Part shown: positions 51,565 through 64,000 of the stretch, piece after piece
Layout of the letters: every line of letters starts with the position of its first letter
Position numbering within the stretch: position 1 is the stretch's first letter
Assembly: GCA_965202585.1 (NCBI GenBank)
Contig: OZ241832.1
Coordinates: 17,484,001-17,548,000 of the forward strand
Origin: Thalia democratica
Lineage: Eukaryota
Direction: 5' to 3'
DNA: 64,000 nt
Translations under genes and position numbers: made by a program
Notes under the pieces: model-generated
Database searches by the model: none
The model's input: only the letters and a program-made list of their open reading frames with translations
Told to the model about the DNA's origin: nothing

Positions 51565-53603
51565 ATGAGAAAAATAAAGCAAATTTTGATTGTTTTAATG
51601 GTTATATTCAATTTTAACTTCATAAGTTGTCATGGTGTTAATAAAGAAACTTGTCGACAGAGAAATGGCAAAATATTCTGTCAAGAAAAAGAACTTAAAG
51701 AGATTCCTTCAGACATTGTATGGCCTGAAGCAACGACCCTTCTTCTCTATGGAAACCAGATTGAAAGCACTAAGCAACTAGATATTCATCTAAGCATGTT
51801 TAAAAAACTTGAAACCCTTGACATGCATAACAACCGTCTAAACAGGGTGCCTAAAGCCCCAACAACTATCAAAAACTTAGACCTTGATGCGAACAGAATC
51901 AATAGAGTTAGTAAAAATCTTCACAATTTACCAAAATTGAAGAAGTTATCCATGCGGTCAAACAATTTGAACGATGATTCTTTTGACTTGAACACTTTTT
52001 CTAAAAACAGCCAACTAGAGGAGCTCAATTTAGACTATAACCAACTTACGTTAATACCTAAAAACCTGCCGTGGAACTTGAAAAAGTTGACACTGAAAAA
52101 TAACTCTATATTTAGCATTTATCGACAAGACTTGAATAACTTGATGAATTTAAAACGTTTGATTCTAGATGAAAACTTTATCACTAACAACAAAATTGAA
52201 AGGAATTCATTTTTGAACTTGAACAACCTCATAGATCTAAGTTTAATAAAAAATAAACTTAACGATATCCCTTTGGGTCTTCCGTACACCCTAAAGAACT
52301 TGTTTTTGTCACACAACCAGATAGAATACATCAAAATTGAGGATGGACCTCACAGTGGTACATTGTTTAAGTTTGAAGAACTAAAGTATGTAGATCTAAG
52401 CTACAACAAACTGAAAAGTGTTCAACCTCGTTCATTAGACAGCGTCAAAGCTGCAAGTTTCAAAGGTAATAAATGGGTTTGTGATTGTTGGTTGGATTAT
52501 TTTAGATCATGGCTCGAAACGTCAATTAGTAACAAGGATCTTACTTGCGAAGATGGACCCGAATATGTGGTCGGAAAGCCAATAAGAGAGTTAGAAGACT
52601 TGAGTTGTGAGTCAAGATATAATGCTAGGAGCTTTATCAGTGCTTCTGTTGACCACAATTCAATTGAAATAACCTGGCAGCATCCATATAAACCCCCTAC
52701 TTACATGAAAACTCTTGTACTATATGGTGAGTGTGTCAATTGCAACGACCGTACAATGTACAGGAACAACATCGCAGTAGAAGACATGACATCAAGGTAT
52801 AAGATCACTAACTTCACTGTTATTGACATAACCATTGATAAAATGATTGCCAAGATGGACAGTTTGAAAAGTAATATTACGTACCAAATTTGCGTGTTCG
52901 ACAGTGAACAAAGTGTTGATGACGTCACAAATAACCAGTGCAGATTGATCAAGACAAGTCAGAAAACTGCGAACATGGACCCTATCTACTTAGTTTTGAT
53001 AATTCTATCAACGTTGTTACTGCTCACAGTAGTTGCGACTTTTAGCTACTGTTTATTTTACCACCATATATCAGGAATTTTTGATTTCAAACAGAAAAAA
53101 TTTACATCTCCATTGAGTCCTACCAACTTGGATAGTCAATTTTTTCTAAGTAAGCATCAAAATGTACCTAAACGATTTCAAGGATATGATGACGATTTTC
53201 TAAATAAGCAGCTCCAACTCCAACCATCTATACCTGTTACAACCCATAACAAAGGTAGTTGGTACCTTAAACACCATAGCAACCGAGCTGATTACAACAC
53301 CCAGTGGTCGAACCGAACCTACGCCGAGTGCGAGTCGTACCATTTGTCACAACAGCGACATCAAACGAGAGAACCCGCAATCAATCAACTCATACCACCC
53401 ATGTTTCAACCCAGGGACGATGATTGTTACTATGACAACCGTGACGCAGCTGTTGACGCAACAGAAGAGTTCCAGTCGTTGCTGCCTGGCAACAAGGACT
53501 CTCCTGCATACTTGATTCCATCGGTAGCAACAAGAAACTCATCAATCAGGAGTAAACTTCTCTCATCGTCGGATAAAGAGAACACAAAACTGTCGTCTAG
53601 CAA
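51565..53603 (+). CDS. Flrt: FLRT-family type I membrane protein, main coding exon (signal peptide, LRRNT, ~10 LRRs, LRRCT, FN3-like domain, TM helix, cytoplasmic tail)
   Basis: 680-aa ORF. Hydrophobic N-terminus (MRKIKQILIVLMVIFNFNFISCHG). LRRNT-like CRQRNGKIFC followed by 'ATTLLLYGNQI' (cf. FLRT 'ATTLYLQNNQI'). FLRT-like LRR run ('LKRLILDENFITNNKIERNSFLNLNNLIDLSLIKNKL...IPLGLP'). LRRCT NKWVCDC...LTC...LSC from ~aa 302. FN3-like region with ITW and 'YQICVF...QC..IKT'. TM segment at ~aa 474-499. The family is assigned by recognising the domain architecture and motifs, not by database search. The exon is ended at 53603 because 53604-53609 is GTAAGT. Confidence 0.93.
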
Positions 53604-56600
53604 GTAAGTGTTTATGTATAAAGTGTAACATCTATAAACGTGTATTTTTAACTATTTTATAACTGATTAACTTTCCTTAAGATTAGCTAACTCTAACTAG
53701 CTTTACCAAGTTCGTTATATACTTTATAAATAAGCTTCTTCTAAAGTATGAGCAACAGCTATGAATAATAAATAGGTAACCAAAATTGTAACAACTGCAA
53801 TCTTAGACAATTTCCTAATGTAAAATTTAAGCTAATTTAGATTAGTTTTATTCTAAACCAAATATCAAGTGCGTCAGTTAAAGCCTCAGAAAAACCGACA
53901 CTTTCAAAACTTGTTTGTTTGTAGCAACAATTAACATGAGGCTGACTTGCTTAACTAAAAGCGTCTTGCCGACCGATTATCATTGTGAAGCTATAAAGAT
54001 AAAAGAAGAAGTTGTAAGATAATTTAGTCGAGGGCCCTCTGATGTTTAACAATTGAATTTATTTTCTTGAACAATTGAAATTATTAAATATTTAATTAAC
54101 AATTTTAAATAAAAGAAAAAATACACAGTAAAAAGACAAAAAGTTAGTTTACCTGAAAGCGATATAGAATTCGTGCATTACTTAAACTGTATCTAGAAAG
54201 CAAAAAACTTTACTGCATATTTTTTTTCCTACTTTTATTGCTTTCCTTTTTAGGTTAAATGCAAATAGCCGCTTTATAGCTTCTTACTTTAATATTTGTT
54301 CTAAATTTTACTGCCTTCTTGACTAGATTTACTGCTTTAAACTACTTCTTTGTACGTATTTTTTTTTCTACTTGCTTTTTGGTTTTGGGGTGGATAGACT
54401 AGATTTTAACAAACTCGTTGTTGATAATTCAGATGCCGTTTTTTTTTCGTTATGTAAAGTTCAAATACTTAATTAGTTTTATTACCTTGAAGTTTTTAAG
54501 AATTTCATCAAAGGTTTAAGCCTAACCACATTATTTGCTTTTGTTTAATATAGAATCTTCTTATTTAACTTTTTATTTTGCCTCAGGCTTTAACAAATTT
54601 CCTGAAAATTTCAAAAAAACTGCTGAAATTAGTTTTAAAAAGTTAAACGTAGCATAGTTTTTGAAACCTTAGCTTTTATTTATAAATTAATCAAATACGG
54701 TAAATGACTAAATGTAATAGTTAAAAAACTATCAAAAAACGTAACTTGTTTCATCTTTTAAAGAAAAAGTCTATGAACGTTTGTTTTGTAATATAATTTT
54801 AGTTATATTGAAAAGTATAAAAGATAAGTAAGTATTATATGGAACATGATAAAAGCTTAAATTTATTGCTTTCTAAACTAAAACAAACATAGTTCTAAAA
54901 CTTTTTAAACAAAAGACACTTAAATAAACATTGTTAACATTCAAGTACTATATTTGAATACTAATTTTATTTAGAAAATTGTGGTATTTTATTATAACAG
55001 TATAAATATAGATATACCTTAGAAGAAACATAAAACTTTAGTAAGCAGAAAAATTTTATAAGAAATTTTCAGTATGTTTTTCAGAAACTACTAAATTTCG
55101 TGCTTGTTTTTAAAAGATTTGTTGAAAAAATTTACAAAAGATGAAAAGTTTAAACTCCAAAATTCTTTCTCATCTGAAGGCAATTGCAAAATGCCCCGTA
55201 ATCTAAATTTGTCATTAAGTTAATTACAATCTGACGCAACAAAATGTTCTTTTTTGTGTTGCTTTACATCAGGATATAAAAACAAGTCTTTGTTTTTAGA
55301 TATTACTATACAAACATCTGTAACTGTTCGCTAAAAGATTGTTCAACTGGGTCATCGAGTAAGTAAGCGATACCAGCTTAGTGGTGTCTCATTAACTTTA
55401 TGATATACTGTACTGTATGATACACTGATAATACTTTTAACTATTTAGTTGTAAACAACAGTGGTTCTTAAAGTTTTTAAAATCGGAGCAAAAGTGCTCT
55501 CTGAAGCTACACTGTGTATACACTAGATTTTTGTCATAAATATATATAAATCACAAAAAAATTATATAGATATAAAAAGACTTTATAAGTAGTATAACTA
55601 CATAATCTAAAACATTTTTATACCTAACAGGTTAATCCACTAGTTTATTTATTTTTTCGATTCTACGACACTCATACCAAACAATACACTTTTCAAACGA
55701 TTTATAAAGTAAAACAAAATGGTACAAATTAGTTCATTCTTTAAACTTACGGAAAAAAACATTATAAAGCTACAACATAAATTTTTAAATTAGACTAAAC
55801 CAGATCGACTTGTATTTCAACATGATAATGTCCTATAGTTTGCGTTGATTGTGAGTCATAATCATAAATTATAAAACATTTTGTTTGTTGTCTACCTCGT
55901 TACCAATTTCATGGTCAGTAACAACGCGATTTATACTTGATGAAAACTTGTCATATCACACCAAACAAACACATAAACTAATACCTACATGAATAATTCA
56001 CAAACAAGTTGTTTGAAAATTAAAATAAGTCTCTGATCTAGTAAGGTGAAAAGTTTAATCGCGTACCGTTGAAAAAAGAAAAATCTTCAATGTATTGTTT
56101 CTGTTTTTGATTGCCAGATGAAAGCGATCATTGTAACGTCATAATGTGCATCTATAACATAATGGTACTGGAACATCTGTTTTAAGATTCCACGAAACTC
56201 CATATGCTTTCCATTAAAACTTTAGTTCAACGATAGACTTGTTATACTCAACAATTGTAATGGTAACGTTCCGATCTTGTATAAGTATTGGTAGCTAAAA
56301 GGAATATTCTACTTGTTTTTCGGTTTAAAATATCCAACGTAGCTGCATTAAATTAAGTAATCTATAAATAGCTTTTTAGCAAAAAGCAGTTAGTAAAGCT
56401 GACCCGATTTTGTTGTTTACAACTGTTTAGATAAAAAGCTAATATGTTTACTTTTTTTACCTTTAGACTTTCCAAACAATAACAAAATTAAAAAAACTGT
56501 ATTATTTGAAACCGAATTTAAAAAATGTTATTATATTATTATATAAGCTAGTAAATAGCTTATTTATACATTGCATCTTAAACAACTTTTATATTCTATT

Positions 56601-56621
56601 AATCTAGTTTTGTTTTTACAG
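53604..56621 (+). other. Predicted ~3.0-kb GT-AG intron of the FLRT-like gene
   Basis: Donor AA|GTAAGT at 53604, acceptor TTTTTACAG| at 56621, reading frame preserved across the junction. Confidence 0.78.
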
Positions 56622-56781
56622 TGACTTGAATGGGCCAGACACAATGTCAACTCACCAAAACACAATCGAATCCAGTCCTTCACCTGGACAAAAGATCTCC
56701 ATGACAACACGCAACAATGATGTCATCAGCAGACACGATGACGTCATAAATCCGTACGACCACCTGTTACCCCTTAGATGA
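56622..56781 (+). CDS. Flrt: Second (terminal) coding exon of the FLRT-like gene, adding N+52 aa (DLNGPDTMSTHQNTIESSPSPGQKISMTTRNNDVISRHDDVINPYDHLLPLR*)
   Basis: Preceded by acceptor TTTTGTTTTTACAG ending at 56621. Phase 2 matches the donor (AA|T gives AAT, Asn). The frame is open for 52 codons to TGA at 56779-56781. It is a locally GC-richer island in very AT-rich flanks. Confidence 0.8.
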
Positions 56782-59700
56782 CCACTTGAGGGTGAATATA
56801 GCTAAAACCTTTTTTCTGTTGATTATCTGTGGTAATAATTCTTAAAAGTTATTTTTCAACTTGTAAAAGACCATTTTTTGTTCATATTTGCTTAAAAAAT
56901 AAAATTCTATAACATAATTTAAACTAATTTATTTTAGTCAAAACATCTAAAAAGTAAATCATGTTTATAATTGTTATAGACATGTATATATATATATTTC
57001 TTTTTTTTTTTTAATTTTGAAAACTTTTTAACTTTCAGAAGTAACTTATCTTTTATTTTTAATAATTAATTTTTACTATTTTGATATACTACGGCACTAA
57101 GGTTTCAGCTTAATAAAAAGTACTTTTCCTACTAATTAGAAGCTTTTTTGAAAGGAATACTGTAAAAGTTTATGGGGGTAATAAAAAAATTTACGACCAA
57201 TGTTTTGTAGCTACTTTGTATATCTTTGTAAGCCTTTGATACTTTCAACAACATTGTGCTTTTATTTTTGTTGTCAAATCATTTCTAAAATGTTGCTTTT
57301 CATTGCCAAAGTTTTTTGAAAATTATTTGTGCTGATTTTTTATTTGCTACCTGAGAATAAATAGCTAACTAGTTTATTTTAGGCAACTATTATAGTCATT
57401 TTTTTAATTTAGTTATTTTTATAAATACTTTTCAAACTTCTGCAATTAGTTAGAAAAAAAACATTAAAAAATAGTTACGGTAGAAGAAAAACAATAGTAA
57501 AATTTAATGCTTTTTTAACTTTAAAAGTAAACCAGTTTTGTAGTGCTCATATTTTTTTAATGACAGTGTATTTGTTTTTTCGAGTCATATTGTTCTCGAT
57601 TTTAAATCAAATAGAAAACTACACATACATAAACTTGATAAATGTTTTATTTTTCTTAATTTTATAAACTGTTGGTGTTAATATTAAGTTGTTTTGGTGT
57701 TTAGAAAGTGTATTTGTGAACAACGATTTATATATAATACAACTTCATACGTAATAAGAAATTAAATAACATGTAAACACTTTATTTTGCTCTATGACTA
57801 AAGTAGCATCATTGTAAATTTTTTCAATTACAACTAGCTTAATTCGGTCGTTTCAATAAAAAGTTTTGTACCATTAAAGATAATTTATGTTTTATACATA
57901 TTTTTAATTTTAACCAAATTACCAGTGAGAAACCTTTAAATTACAGTTCTTTTTATCATTAGTTTTAAGCAACAAATGTATTTAGAAACATCAGATTATT
58001 GTTTGTTAAAATAACTTAAACTAATATAATACTTTTACTTCTAAATTATTGCTGAAACCAAACTTCTATCAAACATTGGTTTTCATAATGTAGTTTATAA
58101 GTAAACTATTTTATGATAAGTAAAAGTATATTAAATGCTATGAAGTCAATTGTATTTTTAAAACATAGATTGAACTGTTAAAGTACAACAAGGTAGTTTA
58201 AATAAGTGTTTATAGCATTTTATTTTGTTGTTAAAGAACAAAATGTACCAGAGACATAGTAATACTTAATATTTACTGTTTTATTTCTAAAAGAAAGATT
58301 ATAATTATTTTAATTTAAGTATGCAAACATTCTTATATTACAACGTAAAACGACATTTAAAGCAGCTATCTTCAGTTTTACAAACATTTTATCTTGTTTT
58401 GATAGTAATTCACGTATGTTTTTTTTAATAATTTTTTTTTAAGACTCACTTACACCACTAAACGGTTATGTTCATTAAATAAATATTTTAACTATGTAGA
58501 GTTGCGTTGTAGAGTGTTTTATAAAGTTTTAGATAAGCTAACGCTTCTAAAAAACTAACTATAAATCTGTAACAACTAACACTAAACTTTAAAAGATGAA
58601 AAATAAAAATGGGAAGAAATAGACAAAATTGTTTAAGCGTAACTTAGCAATATTAAATCCAATATAATTTTTTTACTATATATTTGATATGAAGTTTATA
58701 AGAAATTCATTGCTTAAGTCTTTTAAATAAAACCGGTATTTGATAATAATTATTTGAGTAGAATTTATTTGAACAATTAATTGTGTTTACATAACATAAA
58801 TCATTTCTTTGTATTTGAAAACTATTAATCTAATGAAAACTTTAATGAGTGAATTTTTTTTAACTTGCTAAACTTTTGAGTAAACACTATACTATCCATT
58901 AATATTGCAAAGCTACAACGCAATTTTGCAAGCAAAAATAAATAACGATAGCTAGTTTTGTTGATTTATGAATGAGTTTGTGGTATAAACTTTTTTTAAA
59001 GAAGTTTAGCTTTTTGTTTAAGCTCATGTTTTACAGCTTGAACAAGTATTTATAAGTTGTGGTGTTCGACTAGATAACCGAAAGGTTTTTTTGTGCACCA
59101 GGTCTTTGGACCAAACTTTTTGAGCGTTTTTTGTCGTCTAAAAAACAATACAATATATACATTAATGAATACGTTTTAGCTATTTTTCGCTATTAGTAAC
59201 AAACATACATATTTCTGCTATTGAAAAAAAAAAGTTAAATCCTTAAACCATTCAAAGTGTAAAAACTTTTAGACAACTAAAGCTAACAAAAGAAACTAAT
59301 ATTAGTAATAAAGTAAAAGTGTAAGTAATCTCTCGTCTAAAGTAGACATTTCTTACCTTTTGTAATCAACATTTAAGTTGTAGTTCTATAGCATAATAAG
59401 TTATTGGTATAAAGTTAACATAAGTTAATATAATTGTTAATAACTTTTATAAAACAAAGATATTTATGTTGGAAAAAATAAGTATTTATTTTTAGATAGT
59501 TTTTATGACATAAACCCGAAGCTAAGTAGGCAAAGACCTTTTTAAATTATTGTTCTCGTAAAGATTATTAAGTATAAACTAAGTATTACACCATTAAAAC
59601 TTAGCTAATAAAATTTATTGCATCTCAATAAAAAATATTTGCTAGATTTGTATATCAGTGAAAACACAACGTATCAAAAAAGTACAATATCTATGTTTTA

Positions 59701-62700
59701 TTAAACTAAATATTAAAGTTAAAACCGTGTCCTATTTTCAAAAACTGCAGTTGAATAATTATTGTAAAAAAGTACAAATTTTATATTTGAGTGGGTAAAC
59801 TACTTTAAAAACACCTAAAAAAGTTGAAATTCTGTTTAATAAGGCAACAAAAATCTATAAAGAAGCATATATGGTATTTGGCGTAAAACTTTGCAATATA
59901 AAAAATATAGTTTTAAAAAAATACATAAATTATAGCTTTTGAACAAGTAGCGCTTAAAAAAAATTTATTAAGCTAGTTTTCTTATAAGCCAGTTTAAGTT
60001 CTTATAATTTTTTTAAATTTATTCATAAGACAGTTAAAATGATTAAATTACTTACCAAATTGATTCCTATAAAAGATTATGATGAAATTAATAATCATCT
60101 TTTTCTACAGTAGTAAGTTACTTTTTTTAATCAAAATATACAGTATATAAATACTTTATAAGCTATAAGGTTCTAAAGTAAACCCCATCATGAAATATTA
60201 AGTTCATTAACCGGTTATAATATTGCAAACGATATAATGTTTTGGATATAAAAGTTCTATTTCAAGTTTGAATAGATTTTTTAAATTAGTTTTATCAATA
60301 CTTATTTCTTAAAGGTTAGAGTTTGATACAAGAACAAATAAATTGTTGTAAGTAAAAACTAGGTAGAGGTAAAAATGTTAAAATATTATATTATAATACA
60401 TTTGATTACTAGAAAAATATTCATCCCGCCGAAAGGATCGTTTTGACTTTTTCAAAAGAGCAAGAAAATAAAAAAGACAACAAGAAGACGCCTACCAAGG
60501 ATCGGGGGCTTCTAACAAAAAACACGTTGGATCACCAGGGAAACCAGAACGCTTCTCACCATCGACATCTTTATGACTTTTTTATCCTTGCGCTGAAAGC
60601 CTTGGAAGTTTAAAGGACGCTGCGACGGCTGAGGATTAAAAAAGAGAAGAATTGGTTATCAGGATGGCGACTTGTGAAGGCGATAGCATGAGTGGTTCCC
60701 AACTTGTGGTCATCAGGATCAATGCGATAAAACTTAGCTAAAAATGTTTGAACGATTTTATGATGGGAGTAGAGAGTTCGCCGCAGAAAGAAATGGACAT
60801 ATGGACAAATTGCAGAAAGATGGTTTCACACAACCGTTTATTTTCACGAATAAAAACAAATGTTTGTAGTTGTAATATATAACGGTTACTTGTTTTTAGA
60901 AAATATTAATACGAATTAAAACTATACGAACACAAACAATAAGAATAAAAACTTTCATATTACTACTCTCCAATTTTATTGAAAGTTTTGTAATGTATAA
61001 TAACAAAAACAGTTTTAATGTTCAAAATCTTTTACATGTTTTTGTAAAAAAAAATGTAGTATTTTAATTGTAATATATTGTTTTTAATATTGTTTTTAAA
61101 TTTGTGTTACATAAAAAAAATATTAACCTTATACTATATTTACCTAATAATAGTGTTATTTTAACCAAATTGTATTTTTAGTTTTATGAAGTAATATAAT
61201 CACCAACTAACTTTTTTATAAGTAGTAAAATTTTAAAAACAAATATCAACTTCCTCCTTGTGTATTTATTTTGTGTTATAAAACATTCACAAGTACTTTT
61301 AAGGTTTGTTTATCGATCTTTATATTAAAAGTATCTCAACAACAGTGTTAGGTAACAAAAATTTAATATTTTCTTTTTATAAGTACAACTTCGACTTACG
61401 CAACAAGTTAATTTACAGTTTTTACTTTTAAATAAACATTGTTAATATGAAAGCAAGTCGATAAATTACTTTTATTTCTATAAAAATAACTAGAATATAG
61501 ATTATGAATTTTCTTAAATCAATAAGAAAAGAATTTTTCTTCTAAGGTTTTAAATGGTAATAAATATTCATTTTAAAAAACGCTAAAAATATTTTTCTTT
61601 AATACGTAATAACTATTTTTTGCTCACAAATAAAAAGTTTTTGTAACGATTCAACAAGCGGTTTCCTGTCAGCTTTGTGTAATAAATTTTTAGTATTTCT
61701 TAATGTTTGGAGTTGTATTAAGTTTTATATTTAGAAAACCTTAACACCTTTCAAATATGTGTTATAACATTGGCGACTAATAGATTTATTTTATGAATTT
61801 GTTTAAAACGTTATTTTTTACTAAGGTGTTATTACATTGTTATAAGTAATGAAATGACTGTGATACTTGATAAACAAATTTAAATTTTTTTACTCACAAT
61901 ATATACATAAAATTGTATGCGAACAAAATTTATTTTAAATTTACTACTAAAAAGTGTTATTTCTTAAAACTTGCAAAACTTTTATTTCTGATATTCCAAA
62001 GGCTATTTATACTAACTATTTAAATAGAATTTGCCAAATTATTCTAAACTATCTGATATTAAAAAATGAGTTTTAAATTAAACAAACAAGTCATGCTTCT
62101 AAAGTTTAAAAAAACAGTGTCTGGTTTTATAGCTTCATCGTAATCTAAAGCTATAAAAAATAAATTAGTTATTTAGTGTAAACTAAAAGCTAAATAAAAG
62201 CCTAAAACTAATATTTAAACTTTAAGTTCTACGAAAAAAAAATCGAATATAGTTTTAAAGGTTTTATCTAAATGTAGACTAATATACTGTACAATTAATT
62301 AAAGCTTTTGAATATATTATTTAAACATTTAACGAACTAAACTTTGGTATGATACTTAGACTTAATTGAAATTTAATAAGCCAAAATATATTTTTCACGT
62401 TTTGGAAAAGTAGCTGTTTGTTAGAAGAAATTTTTTAAATCTACTGTTTTTACTAATAACTAGATATTAATAATTACTCATATCACGTAGTCTGAAACAA
62501 AAAGGCTTTGTAAAACTTTTTTTAAATGTTTATATACTCTCTCTGCCAATATTTAAATAGTTTGAAGTAATTAGTTAAAAAAATAATTATAACGTTTTGT
62601 ATTACACATAAATAAACTAACCATATGTCTACACTACGAATACTTAAAGGTCAAGGCTGCAAAAGAAAACAAAAAGTTTATTCTACACTGATGGCTTTAG

Positions 62701-64000
62701 TTTGTAATGGGAACGTTTTAATACAGCATTAGTGCTTAAGGTAATAAAGTAGATCAAGCTATAAATATACCTACTAAAGTACGATTATTACAAAACAACA
62801 TTACAATTTTAATATTTCAAATTTAATTACAATTTCAAAACAGAAACAACTAAAATAATAAAAATTAAGATGGTTTGCTTTATTTGTTGCTTGTTTTTAA
62901 ACATTTTAATTAAACCTGTACAGCCGAGTTTAAGTTTTGAAACTTAAACTGTATAGAATTTTTTTTTGCATTTTTTTATGTAAGTTTTATGAATTTAATA
63001 TGAATGATTTATTTTTTAAACTTGATAAGTATAGTTTTTAAGTACACTATAAAGACGATTAATTTAATATCAATGCCTTTTCAAAGCGTACTTAATTAAA
63101 AATAATATTAATTAAGATAAAAACTTACAAAGCTCAAACTTATTTTGCTTTAATTTAAAATGTTGAAAAGCTGTTTATTTTGATTAATTATACAACAAGT
63201 AAGAAAAAGGTATTACTCTAAGAGTTCGATAGTTTATGTCATGTTTTTTTAAGAATAAGTTAATTAAGCTAATTTAAGATGTCTGAATATTTTCTTTACT
63301 TTAGTTTTTCAGACTGTAAACGTGTAGCAAGAAAATTTGTTTTTTATTTTTGTCTTATTATAAACTCCTACTTAAAATAATAACTTAAAATCCTACCTAA
63401 TAGAACGAAACCTACAAAAATGATCGAGGCTATATTTTTGTATTTTCAATACATGTTTGTTTTTTTTTAACATGAAAAACTTAACTAACCACGAATAAAA
63501 CTTAAGATATTTTTTTTCAAATTCATTTCTACTAAGTAAGTGAAACCAATGTTCATTAAACTATTTTAGTAAAAGTAAGTTTATTTGAACTATGAATATT
63601 ATACAATTTAACTTTCTGACTATCGGAAAATAGAACCGTTAGACGATGACATAGAGCCAAATTTATTTTTGAAATATAAATTTATTAAAAAAAATTGTTA
63701 AACTTATTTCATGTTTTGAGCTTTGAAATCTTTAAAATGTTCTAAAAGTATTCTTATTATAATTATATAGTTTAACACACTGCAGTCCATGCAGCTCCAA
63801 AAATAAGCTTTTCGACAACTTTCTGCATGGACAATTTTTATATGTTTAAAATGCAGCTGACACACGTTGAGCTTGCATCTCAAATTTCCCGAATATTTGA
63901 AGATCGAATGTTAAACTTAAAAGACAAGAAGTTTATTAATAAATCAATAAAAAAAACATATAAAAATTATAGAAAATTTAATGTTTCCTTTTTTTTTACT

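Noticed and set aside
52119-52952. Two minus-strand ORFs (71 and 83 aa) inside the FLRT exon
   Set aside because: Antisense shadows of the real CDS.

Overview
Very AT-rich animal genomic DNA. It is probably an invertebrate chordate such as a tunicate; this is inferred only from the gene family and composition. I find one convincing protein-coding gene, a FLRT-family (fibronectin leucine-rich transmembrane) gene on the + strand. Its main coding exon is 51565-53603. The ORF-track stop at 53605-53607 lies inside a perfect GTAAGT donor, and an in-phase second coding exon missing from the ORF track lies at 56622-56781 (spliced product 732 aa). The ~51 kb upstream is not unique intergenic DNA. It is an array of five diverged, rearranged ~9-12 kb units (U1 ~1-9000, U2 ~9000-19400, U3 ~19400-30000, U4 ~30000-39000, U5 ~39000-51500) built from the same ordered non-coding blocks. 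U5 is the native upstream region of the gene. U1 and U3 also carry blocks homologous to the gene's intron but contain neither coding exon, so they look like CDS-less copies of the locus that kept their putative cis-regulatory modules. Three small non-autonomous DNA-transposon insertions are recognisable. The short ORFs of the track appear spurious. All alignments were done by eye, so unit boundaries and identities are approximate unless exact counts are given.
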